In this document: positions 44,365-52,761 of the stretch, one piece after another
Numbering within the stretch: position 1 is the stretch's first letter
Layout: the number at the start of each line of letters is the position of its first letter
Source: an uncultured Lachnospiraceae bacterium
Lineage (GTDB): Bacteria; Bacillota; Clostridia; Lachnospirales; Lachnospiraceae
Length of the DNA: 64,000 nucleotides
Assembly (NCBI GenBank): GCA_947165025.1
Contig: CAMUYQ010000003.1
Location: 54,747-118,746 of the forward strand
Direction: 5' to 3'
Program-made: the position numbers and the translations under genes
Notes under the pieces: generated by a model
Told to the model about the DNA's origin: nothing
What the model saw: only the letters and a program-made list of their open reading frames with translations
The model's database searches: none

Positions 44365-44607
44365 ATGTTAAGACCTACTGCAACAAAGGTTTTACCTCAA
44401 CAGGATTATCAAATCAGTGTGACATTCGATAATGGTGAAAACAGGTTATTTGATGTCAAACCGTACATTAAGGGATCGTGGTACGGGATGTTGAAAGATG
44501 AAAACTATTTCCGCCGTGTCAGTACAGACGGATTTACGGTTGTATGGCCTGAAGGGCAGGATATCTGTCCGGATGAATTGTATGAGTGCTCGCAAATCAT
44601 AGATTAA
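44365..44607 (+). CDS. DUF2442-family protein
   Basis: VTFDNGENRLFDVKPY...VVWPEGQDICPDELY, the typical DUF2442 pattern, paired with the DUF4160 gene. Confidence 0.7.
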   Translation: MLRPTATKVLPQQDYQISVTFDNGENRLFDVKPYIKGSWYGMLKDENYFRRVSTDGFTVVWPEGQDICPDELYECSQIID

Positions 44608-44760
44608 TTATGGCGGAGCAGGTTTATTTACCTCCTTCAAGCCCAATCCCCATTACCTGACAAAAACCCGGTAAGATTCATTATCTGCCGGTTTTTTTGT
44701 TGTAGTCAGACCTGTAGTCAAAACCCCGCAAATGGCGTAAATACAGGGCTTTACAATAAG

Positions 44761-44777
44761 AGTTCCTTTTTCTGCAC
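44761..44777 (+). repeat. att core copy 3 (AGTTCCTTTTTCTGCAC, one mismatch)
   Basis: Direct repeat of the tRNA-Leu 3' end, followed by TATCTATTTGTAG, which resembles the native downstream TAAGATTTGTACG. Confidence 0.7.
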
Positions 44778-44810
44778 TATCTATTTGTAGTCTTAAAAAT
44801 CGTCATTTTC

Positions 44811-44842
44811 GGGGTCAACTGTGGTCAAAAATGTGGTCAAAA
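44811..44842 (+). repeat. G(G/T)GGTCAA(A/C) triple direct repeat next to att copy 3
   Basis: GGTCAA at 44813, 44823 and 44835 (10-12 bp period). Confidence 0.5.
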
Positions 44843-45055
44843 CGTAGAACAAGCAGTATATGGACTGTTCTCCGCGCGAATACAGGAGAAAAGCCGCTGC
44901 CTTGGAATAACTGAGAGAAAACGACCGGGTCAAAAGGCCGCCGTGACAGACTTTTTGGCAGATATGATCAATTTGATTCGAAAAGTGATATAATGCACAT
45001 ATGGTTGTCGATCATATCGAAGAACAAATAATAAAACATACATACAGCGAAAACA

Positions 45056-46516
45056 ATGGAAAAGAATGAAAAAGCAGAAAGCATAGACCATGGTGTAGGA
45101 CAGTTTGCCGCAGAGGCGAGTGCTGCGGTGGATGATGTGTCGCTTTTGTTTGATGTCAAAGATTATCCGGAGGAGATGCATGAACTTATAATCGAGTGCA
45201 ACCGGAGGATCGATGAGGCAAACAGTAAATATCGGATTGCCAAGTTCCGAGAGGATATGTTCGCCAAAGGAATGAAAGCGGGCATGTATTTTTGCACGTT
45301 TGATCGAGATGAGAACATGTTGAGCTTTGAGTTCAATGAAGAGACCAGACAGATGCTTGGCTACGATGGACTTGAGGATCTGCCTAACGAATTTGAAAGT
45401 TGGGTGAAGACTCTTGTCCCGGAAGAGCGCGACGCAATCGTAAAACTGTTCTGGGATTCGGTCCGAATACACCGGGATCTGCCGGATATCACTCATGCCA
45501 CATATCGTATGCAGAAGAAGGACGGCAGCATCATTTGGGTTACGGGAGCAGGAAGATTTATCAGACGTCCCGATGATGGCTCTTTGGAGATATACATGGG
45601 CTGCTATCGCGATATCACTGCACAGCAGGAACGGGAGGAATACTTAAAGATCATTGAGGCTTTAGGCAAGGTCTTCAATTTCTCCTTGTTTATAGATGTA
45701 ACCGATATGAGTTACCGCATGATCAGTACCAATGAGTATGTGGAGACAGTTCCGAAGGATCCGGACGCCATTGTCTTTCTTAGAAATATTGTTGCCGCAT
45801 CAGTGGCTGAGAGCTTCCGCCCAATGTTATATGACTGGCTTGACAAGGATGCCATTCTTGCTTCTATTGAAGAGCATGGATCGACAAGCATGGAGTTTTA
45901 CAGTGAGAGCGCACATAGGTGGTTTGACGGGATCTTTATGGTCGGTGACCGGAACGAAGACGGAAGCATCGCACACATCGTTTACGGCTGCCAGGATACA
46001 ACTGATGCAAAACTCCAGAGTCTGGCGCAGCAGAAAAAGATTTCGGAATTTGAGACTGAGATATATATAGATTCTCTTTCGCAGATCCACAACAGAAAGT
46101 TCCTGGATGAAAAACTCGTATATGAACCATGCCAGGCTGTTGTTATGGCCGATATCGATGTGTTTAAGGATATCAACGACACCGTCGGTCACCAGGGAGG
46201 TGACGAAGCGATCCAAAAAGTAGCCAAGCTGCTTGAACAGTCGGTTCGTAAGGATGATGTGGTAATTCGCTACGGCGGAGATGAGTTCATGATAGTGTTC
46301 TTCGCTATAACAAGAGAAGATCTGGAAGGAAAACTATCATTCTTAAAGTCTGAGCTTGGAAAGATCACCCTGGAAAACAATCCCGAGATCAGAATAACCA
46401 TGAGCTTCGGTGCCGCATTCGGAACGGAGCTTGTTAATAATCTGATAGGAACTGCTGATAAGGCACTTTATGAATCCAAGAAAATAAGGGATACATATAC
46501 AGTGATAGAAATCTGA
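45056..46516 (+). CDS. PAS-domain diguanylate cyclase (GGDEF) with I-site
   Basis: RYGGDEFMIVF active site preceded by RKDD (RxxD) five residues upstream; PAS-like regions in the N-terminal 300 aa. Confidence 0.85.
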   Translation: MEKNEKAESIDHGVGQFAAEASAAVDDVSLLFDVKDYPEEMHELIIECNRRIDEANSKYRIAKFREDMFAKGMKAGMYFCTFDRDENMLSFEFNEETRQMLGYDGLEDLPNEFESWVKTLVPEERDAIVKLFWDSVRIHRDLPDITHATYRMQKKDGSIIWVTGAGRFIRRPDDGSLEIYMGCYRDITAQQEREEYLKIIEALGKVFNFSLFIDVTDMSYRMISTNEYVETVPKDPDAIVFLRNIVAASVAESFRPMLYDWLDKDAILASIEEHGSTSMEFYSESAHRWFDGIFMVGDRNEDGSIAHIVYGCQDTTDAKLQSLAQQKKISEFETEIYIDSLSQIHNRKFLDEKLVYEPCQAVVMADIDVFKDINDTVGHQGGDEAIQKVAKLLEQSVRKDDVVIRYGGDEFMIVFFAITREDLEGKLSFLKSELGKITLENNPEIRITMSFGAAFGTELVNNLIGTADKALYESKKIRDTYTVIEI

Positions 46517-46616
46517 CCGACTTTCGGGAACTGTTTAAATAAGAGGATAGAGATTCAGAAGGGAAAATCGAAGGGAAAAGCTAGTAAGGGATTGCCAGCA
46601 CAATATCACAGGCATC

Positions 46617-46827
46617 AGTCCCTTTTTCTGCACTAAGATTTGTACGTATTTATCAGTAACCGTCAAAAAGAGCGGAAACGCTGATAAATACGTACTTTTT
46701 TTATCCCACACATCGTTCGTCATTTTGCACAACACAAGATATTGATAGATGAATATTATAGTTTTTCTTCCTTTTTACATTTGTGTTGCTCATGATAGAA
46801 TAATTCAAATCGCAATTTGTCGAGATG
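46617..46827 (+). repeat. att core copy 4 plus the native tRNA-downstream region (partner of 34529-34733)
   Basis: See 34529-34733. Also contains the 22-mer CAAATCGCAATTTGTCGAGATG (46806-46827), which recurs at 43874-43895. Confidence 0.85.
46642..46702 (+). terminator. Probable ancestral tRNA-Leu terminator
   Basis: 15-bp stem GTACGTATTTATCAG / CTGATAAATACGTAC followed by TTTTTTT. Confidence 0.65.
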
Positions 46828-46894
46828 TTTGACAGGAATAATGCTCGATAAATTGGCAAGTATCTATTCAAAAGGAAATAACGAGGTGAATAAC

Positions 46895-47374
46895 ATGGAT
46901 ATTATATATGATATAGCGAACCTGAACGATATACCGGAACTTGTACGTCTTAGAATTCTGTATATGATCGATGATTTTGACTCTATAACCGATGAAGAAA
47001 GAGTGGGAATGGAAAAGCAGCTTCCCGGATATTTCGAGAGAGAACTAGGGAAAAAACTGATCGCATTTGTTGCAAGAGCAGAAGGAAGACTTGTTGCAGC
47101 AGCGTATCTCCTTATTATCGAGAAACCTGCGAATCCTTTTTTCCTAAATGGACTTGATTCGGAGGTTTTGAGTGTATATACGGAAGAGGGATATCGTGGA
47201 AAAGGGATTTGTACAAACCTTATGAGGAACATGATTGAATATGCGCAGGAACATAAGATCAGCCGTATTGATCTTATGGCCACAGATGAGGGTTATCCGA
47301 TTTATAAAAAATTAGGATTTGAAGATAAAGTGCAAAAATACAAGGATATGAGATTAGTAATGGTTAATCAATGA
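46895..47374 (+). CDS. GNAT-family N-acetyltransferase
   Basis: EGYRGKGICTNLMRNMIEYA acetyl-CoA motif; ATG 46895 behind SD GAGGTG (the track ORF starts upstream at 46817). Confidence 0.75.
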   Translation: MDIIYDIANLNDIPELVRLRILYMIDDFDSITDEERVGMEKQLPGYFERELGKKLIAFVARAEGRLVAAAYLLIIEKPANPFFLNGLDSEVLSVYTEEGYRGKGICTNLMRNMIEYAQEHKISRIDLMATDEGYPIYKKLGFEDKVQKYKDMRLVMVNQ

Positions 47375-47582
47375 AACTACAGTCGAGACTGTCTGCTTGC
47401 TGACGAAGAAATAGCGTATTTACAGGCTTTATCGGCGTTTTAGAAGGGGATTCCGGAGCATTGAAAAATCGATTTATATTTTGACAGGGTGATTTATGAA
47501 AAAACATCGTCAAAACCGGCAGATAAAGGGATGGTAACGGATTAGAGACAGTGAACCGATACAGGGAAGCGAGGAGGTCCAA

Positions 47583-48431
47583 TTGAAAATACAATGCGAT
47601 TTTTGCCAAAACACATATGAGGATTATCTGGAAAAGTGCCCCTCGTGCGGTGCACCCAATCCCTCTCACCATGATGGCGACAAACAGCCCCGCACCATAG
47701 AAGAACTGAAAAAATGGTACGAAGACAGGCAGCTTCCGCCTCCCGAGACCACGAGGTTTTTTATCGGAGTCGATTATAAAGAGCCAAGGGCTTTTGGTAT
47801 CTATAAAAATGACAATAATGAGTTTGTCATATACAAAAACAAAGCCGACGGCAGCCGTGTGATCAGGTATCAGGGAAAGGATGAGACATATGCCGTTGAC
47901 GAACTGTTTCAAAAGCTCAAGGATGAAATAGTCCATCAGAAAGCAAGAAGCACCTCCCGGGGCAGGCAGACAAAATCGGATAACAGGCTGAAACAGATCA
48001 GATCGATTATTTACATGATCTTTGCTTTGGCATTTATTGTCATATTTGTATTTGAAAGTGTCTCCGGCAAACGCCACAACGGTTATTACAATTATGAAGA
48101 TATAGTCTATTATAACGATGCCGGCAACTGGTATTATTTCGATGATGATGACGATGAGTGGTATACTGTCACAACGCCCACACAGTATGATCCCAACAAT
48201 ACAGACCCGTATTTTATGGGCAGGTCATACGAAGATGTGGACTGGGAATCAACAGATCAGGACCTTAATGAAAATTCTGACGAAGGTTTCAGAACGGTTC
48301 CGGACGTAACAGACAGTTCGGCATACCGGGATAACCATTCATCCGACTCCGATTCCGATTCGGATTATGACTGGGATTCCGGTTCGGATTCATGGGACTC
48401 TGACGACTCGGATTGGGACAGCGACTGGTGA
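47583..48431 (+). CDS. Zinc-ribbon / single-TM protein with an extremely acidic D/S/W-rich tail
   Basis: CDFCQN...CPSCGAP zinc ribbon; hydrophobic helix IIYMIFALAFIVIFVF; tail SDSDSDSDYDWDSGSDSWDSDDSDWDSDW; TTG start behind GAGGAGG. Confidence 0.65.
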   Translation: MKIQCDFCQNTYEDYLEKCPSCGAPNPSHHDGDKQPRTIEELKKWYEDRQLPPPETTRFFIGVDYKEPRAFGIYKNDNNEFVIYKNKADGSRVIRYQGKDETYAVDELFQKLKDEIVHQKARSTSRGRQTKSDNRLKQIRSIIYMIFALAFIVIFVFESVSGKRHNGYYNYEDIVYYNDAGNWYYFDDDDDEWYTVTTPTQYDPNNTDPYFMGRSYEDVDWESTDQDLNENSDEGFRTVPDVTDSSAYRDNHSSDSDSDSDYDWDSGSDSWDSDDSDWDSDW

Positions 48432-48541
48432 ACATAGCCAAGTAGTGTGACATATCTGTGACGGGCTGGGTGCTAAAACATAATTAACAAAAGGAACCGG
48501 ACCCGATCGCCCGGACAGCAACTTGAAAGAAGGCGATTTAA

Positions 48542-48778
48542 ATGTCAGCAATCAGAGAAGAAGAACTGAATATGGTAAACGGTGGGAATGCACTTGAAGA
48601 GCTTTTCAGCGGACCGAAGTTTTCTGTAGGTGACCGGGTAATGTCGTTATCAAGACCGGAACTTGGAGTCGGATTGGTAATAGATACAAAATATGATAAA
48701 GGATGGATCTATTCCGTAGAAATGTATAGCGGAGTAATCTATGCAACCCAGGAAGATCTGGAGTTCGCTATCAAATAA
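48542..48778 (+). CDS. Small protein with a double-glycine-type leader-like N-terminus
   Basis: MSAIREEELNMVNGG resembles the LSxxELxxIxGG leader; 63-aa remainder without Cys. Confidence 0.5.
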   Translation: MSAIREEELNMVNGGNALEELFSGPKFSVGDRVMSLSRPELGVGLVIDTKYDKGWIYSVEMYSGVIYATQEDLEFAIK

Positions 48779-48849
48779 ACAGCAGGTTAACGACAAACTT
48801 TTTCATACAACCTCCCTTGAAGAATCTCTTTTCTCCTTCTCAGCCTGTA

Positions 48850-49392
48850 TTAAAGCTGAGATGACTTCTGGAGACTGCTGTTTTCATGTTCTGTTTCATA
48901 TTCATCAACTATCGTATATATCATACCGTTTTTGCCTCTGTCCGAGCGCATCAGCGAGATCAGCTCAACATCCATTCCGGCTGGAAACGGTGCATCCGTT
49001 GGAAAGCCTTTTTCATATTCGATCTTTCTGACGAGTGTCATATGGGGCATGAATTTCTTTTTGTCAAAAGGTATCCCGTTATCCGCAAGTGCTTTTCTTA
49101 TCCGCTTTACGTTGGTTTGAAGTCCACGGTCTTCTTTTATCCCTATCCAGAACGTATCGCCAAAGCTTCCGAAGCCGTCTATCACAAGTCTCATCGGTTC
49201 AAAAGTCACTTCCCGGAGTATTTCCGAAATGAATCCGGGGTCATTGTACTCGCCGATGAAAGCAAGAGTCAGATGCATGTTCCCGCGTGGGGTGAAATTG
49301 CCTTTCACGCCCTGAAGCTGCAGCCGCTTCTGAACAAAACAGAGTTCATCCAGTATTCCGTTGTCCGGTAATATCGCCAAAAAAAGTCTCAT
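48850..49392 (-). CDS. thpR: RNA 2',3'-cyclic phosphodiesterase (2H phosphoesterase, LigT/ThpR)
   Basis: Two HxT motifs: MHLTLAF and PHMTLVR. Confidence 0.85.
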   Translation of the reverse strand: MRLFLAILPDNGILDELCFVQKRLQLQGVKGNFTPRGNMHLTLAFIGEYNDPGFISEILREVTFEPMRLVIDGFGSFGDTFWIGIKEDRGLQTNVKRIRKALADNGIPFDKKKFMPHMTLVRKIEYEKGFPTDAPFPAGMDVELISLMRSDRGKNGMIYTIVDEYETEHENSSLQKSSQL

Positions 49393-49575
49393 ATCACTGC
49401 CTGTACATATCTTTTACGATAGTTTATCATATATAGCGATATTTCGCGACTTTTCGCTGCATATGTGGTATAATTTTTTCTGTTTTTTCAATTATAATAC
49501 GTCCCGGGATCACATATCGGGTTGACGGTCTTTAGGGGTTTGAAAATGATCATCCTATAAGAAAGAGAGCAAACT

Positions 49576-52500
49576 ATGAGATTGAAAAAGATCTTCACAC
49601 TTGCCATAACTGTCGCACTTTCGTTTTCTGTTCAGGCATTTGCGAACGTTGAGGCGCTGCCTGAAGTGTCAGAGGAGATGCTTTCGCCTGATTACTGGAC
49701 GAAAGGCATGAAGGAAGCGGATAAGGTACTTGCCGATGAGGATGAGATAAAACGGCTCAATGAATCGTATCTGTCATGCAAGGACTGTTGCATGAACGAC
49801 CTTGAGGCTTTTGAGGAAACGTTTGACGGTGAGAAGGAGAACCTGGCCAGGTGGAAAGGTTCGATGACCGATCTGGCAAAGTTCCTTGACGGAAAGCATT
49901 ATGATAAATCCGATAATATCATATCGGGCAGGTATGTAATGGACATACTTAACAACCTTGATGATCCCGATGCGTCAAAAACGCAGCAGGTAAGATATGG
50001 TATCGTCGTACACCGCTCGAACGTGAGAGTATATCCGACTGATCTTATAATAGCCGATGATCCCGGGGACAGTGATTTTGACAACGTTCAGAATTCTTCG
50101 ATTAGGATCGGAGAGCCTGTCGTTATTCATTCATCCTCAACGGATGGAAACTATTATTACTGCTATACGTCATGTGTGTCGGGATGGATACCGGCAGAGG
50201 ATATCGCGGTATGCAGGGACAGGAATGAATGGCTTGCGGCATGGCATATCCCTGACGATGAGGTCATGGTGGTGACAGACTCGAAGATCACACTTGAGGA
50301 TTCAAATACGAATCCGGAGTTTACCGGTCTGATGCTCACCATGGGAACTGTACTTGAAAAGGTTCAGCCGTATGAATACGGCAAAATGATCGCCAACAGG
50401 AGCGCATACTACAATTATCCCGTATGGATCCCCGTAAGGGATGAGAACGGAATGTATGCAAGAAAGCGTGCACTCGTCTCGGTACATCACGGTCTGTCCG
50501 ACGGATATCTCCCGCTCACGAGCGAAAATATCATAAAGCAGGCGTATACAAAGCTCGGTGATACATACGGCTGGGGCGGCATGCTCACGTCCGTTGACTG
50601 TTCGGGCTATGTAAGAGATGTGTATAAATGCTTCGGACTGGAGCTTCCGAGGAATACGACATGGCAGTCGGCAATGCCGGTTGAGAAATATGATCTCTCC
50701 CTTGCGGATGATGATGACAAGAAGGAGCTGTTTGACAGTCTTCCTCCAGGGTCGATACTATTCTTCAAAGGCCATGAGATGCTGTATCTAGGACATGATG
50801 AAGACAGGTATTATGTCATAAGTGCCACAAGCTCGATGATGTACCCGGGAACTCAGGACAAGGCAAGAGTCCGCTCCGTGATCATCAATACGCTTGATGT
50901 AAAACGTGCAAACGGAAATACATGGCTTACTGACCTGTATGAGGCGGCTGTTCCATATGTCGCAAATGAAGATAACATTATGGAGCCGGTGTTCAAGGTT
51001 AAGGAAACGTCCGGCTCATCAAAGAAAGCGCCTGTAACCGAAGGTGAGGAAGAAGAGGATGAAGACGGTCAGCCTTATGAAGAGATAGCATTTGATAAGA
51101 CCTGGGAATTCGCGGATTCCTCAAAGATAAATGACGGTATCGCAAGACTTTACAGATCGGAAGAAGCGGACAGGAAAGATCTTACGATATGCATTAATGC
51201 GGGACACGGAACTAAAGGCGGTGCGGATGTCAAAACACCGTGCCATCCCGACGGAAGTCCGAAGATCGTATCGGGATCGACGGCAGCGGGCGCTACTGAG
51301 GCCACGGCAATAGCCAGGGGATGCATCATGGCAAACGGTGACCTTGAGGCAGATGCAACGCTTAAAGCCGCCATGGTCACGAAAGAGGAGCTTCTTAAGG
51401 CCGGATATGATGTTCTGATGATAAGGGAGACCGATGATGTTCAGCTTGATAACATCGCCCGTACACTTATCGCGAACAACTGTGCCGATGCACATATCGC
51501 CCTTCATTATGATTCGACGGCAACAGGCAAGGGTGTGTTCTTCTGCAGCGTTCCGGATGATGAGAACTATAAGAACATGGAACCCGTAAGATCGTACTGG
51601 GAGCTTCATGACAAGCTCGGAAAGAGTCTTGTATACGGTCTTAACAGTGTGGGATTCCCTAAATGGAATAACGGGGAGCTCGAGATGGATCTGACGCAGA
51701 CATCGTTCTCGACTGTTCCTTCCGTGGATCTTGAGATAGGAGATACATCATCGGATTATTCTTATAAGGAGCTTGTAAGGGTTGCCGAAGGAATAAGGAA
51801 AGGACTGGACTTGTTCTATGACAGGACAGTGTTCAACGAAAAAGATGTCATGGTCAAAGGCGACAACCATGATATCCCTGCGACCGTATGCATTCCGAAA
51901 GGCGACGGACCTTTCGCGGCGGTAGTGATGCTTCACGGCACCGGTTCAGACCGTGATGAGGCAGGCGATACGTATGTTATGGCTGCACACAGTATGGCAG
52001 CCGATCACGGCATAGCAACGATACGTATTGATTTTCCGGGGTGCGGCGACAGTAAAGCCGACAGTACTGAGTACGACTATGGATCGGCTGTTGAAGACGC
52101 TGTCGCGGCAGCAGGCTATCTGGAAAAACTCGGAAACATCGACATGAAAAGGATCGGAGTGATGGGCTGGAGCCAGGGCGGAACGGATGCGCTTCTTGCC
52201 TGCGCAAGACATCCCGGGATATTCAGTTCTGTCGTTACATGGGCCGGGGCTCCTGACCTTGAGGCCGTCGGACTGTTTACGGACGAAGATTATAAAGAGG
52301 CCGAGAAAACAGGCTCGTTTGAAATGAAGTTTGAGTTCAGGGACAGCCTGAAGACAAGCAAACAATGGTGTGATGACGTTAAAAATACGAAAGTACTTGA
52401 GGAATTTGCCGATAACTACACCGGTCCGGTCCTTGCGATCGCGGGAACGAACGATGAAACGGTCGATCCGAAGCAGAGTGAGGATATAACCGCATCAAGC

Positions 52501-52638
52501 AAAAACACGCAGTCGCGGCTGTATCTTATTGATGATATGGATCATACATTTAATGTCTTTTCGGAAAATGACCTGCATTCGATGAAAGATGCGATAAACG
52601 AGACGGGAGAATTCTTTGCCGATACACTGAAAAAATGA
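49576..52638 (+). CDS. Secreted multidomain cell-wall hydrolase: SH3-like + NlpC/P60 + MurNAc-L-Ala amidase (Amidase_3) + alpha/beta hydrolase
   Basis: Signal peptide MRLKKIFTLAITVALSFSVQAFA. NlpC/P60 DCSGYVRDVY...GHEMLYLGH. Amidase ICINAGHGTKGG...HIALHYDS. Hydrolase VMLHGTGSD...GWSQGG...DH. Confidence 0.8.
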   Translation: MRLKKIFTLAITVALSFSVQAFANVEALPEVSEEMLSPDYWTKGMKEADKVLADEDEIKRLNESYLSCKDCCMNDLEAFEETFDGEKENLARWKGSMTDLAKFLDGKHYDKSDNIISGRYVMDILNNLDDPDASKTQQVRYGIVVHRSNVRVYPTDLIIADDPGDSDFDNVQNSSIRIGEPVVIHSSSTDGNYYYCYTSCVSGWIPAEDIAVCRDRNEWLAAWHIPDDEVMVVTDSKITLEDSNTNPEFTGLMLTMGTVLEKVQPYEYGKMIANRSAYYNYPVWIPVRDENGMYARKRALVSVHHGLSDGYLPLTSENIIKQAYTKLGDTYGWGGMLTSVDCSGYVRDVYKCFGLELPRNTTWQSAMPVEKYDLSLADDDDKKELFDSLPPGSILFFKGHEMLYLGHDEDRYYVISATSSMMYPGTQDKARVRSVIINTLDVKRANGNTWLTDLYEAAVPYVANEDNIMEPVFKVKETSGSSKKAPVTEGEEEEDEDGQPYEEIAFDKTWEFADSSKINDGIARLYRSEEADRKDLTICINAGHGTKGGADVKTPCHPDGSPKIVSGSTAAGATEATAIARGCIMANGDLEADATLKAAMVTKEELLKAGYDVLMIRETDDVQLDNIARTLIANNCADAHIALHYDSTATGKGVFFCSVPDDENYKNMEPVRSYWELHDKLGKSLVYGLNSVGFPKWNNGELEMDLTQTSFSTVPSVDLEIGDTSSDYSYKELVRVAEGIRKGLDLFYDRTVFNEKDVMVKGDNHDIPATVCIPKGDGPFAAVVMLHGTGSDRDEAGDTYVMAAHSMAADHGIATIRIDFPGCGDSKADSTEYDYGSAVEDAVAAAGYLEKLGNIDMKRIGVMGWSQGGTDALLACARHPGIFSSVVTWAGAPDLEAVGLFTDEDYKEAEKTGSFEMKFEFRDSLKTSKQWCDDVKNTKVLEEFADNYTGPVLAIAGTNDETVDPKQSEDITASSKNTQSRLYLIDDMDHTFNVFSENDLHSMKDAINETGEFFADTLKK

Positions 52639-52761
52639 ATGAAAAAAAATAAACGTATGCGTGCAAATCAAAAAAAAGTGTGATAAAATCGTTGATGTGA
52701 AACGTTTGTGCTCCGTAAGGAATACCGACGGACTAAATTTTGGAAAGGTGGTACACAACTG

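Larger units (their letters stand above)
6804..46633. mobile_element. Composite tRNA-Leu-associated genomic island (three tandem segments)
   Basis: Four direct copies of the tRNA 3' end; integrase, excisionase and relaxase inside; accessory cargo. A native-looking tRNA terminator and downstream sequence appear only after the last copy. Confidence 0.7.

Noticed and set aside
47364-48077. 237-aa minus-strand ORF
   Set aside because: It overlaps the GNAT end and the zinc-ribbon gene on the opposite strand. It has no motifs or SD, whereas the plus-strand gene has clear zinc-ribbon and TM features.
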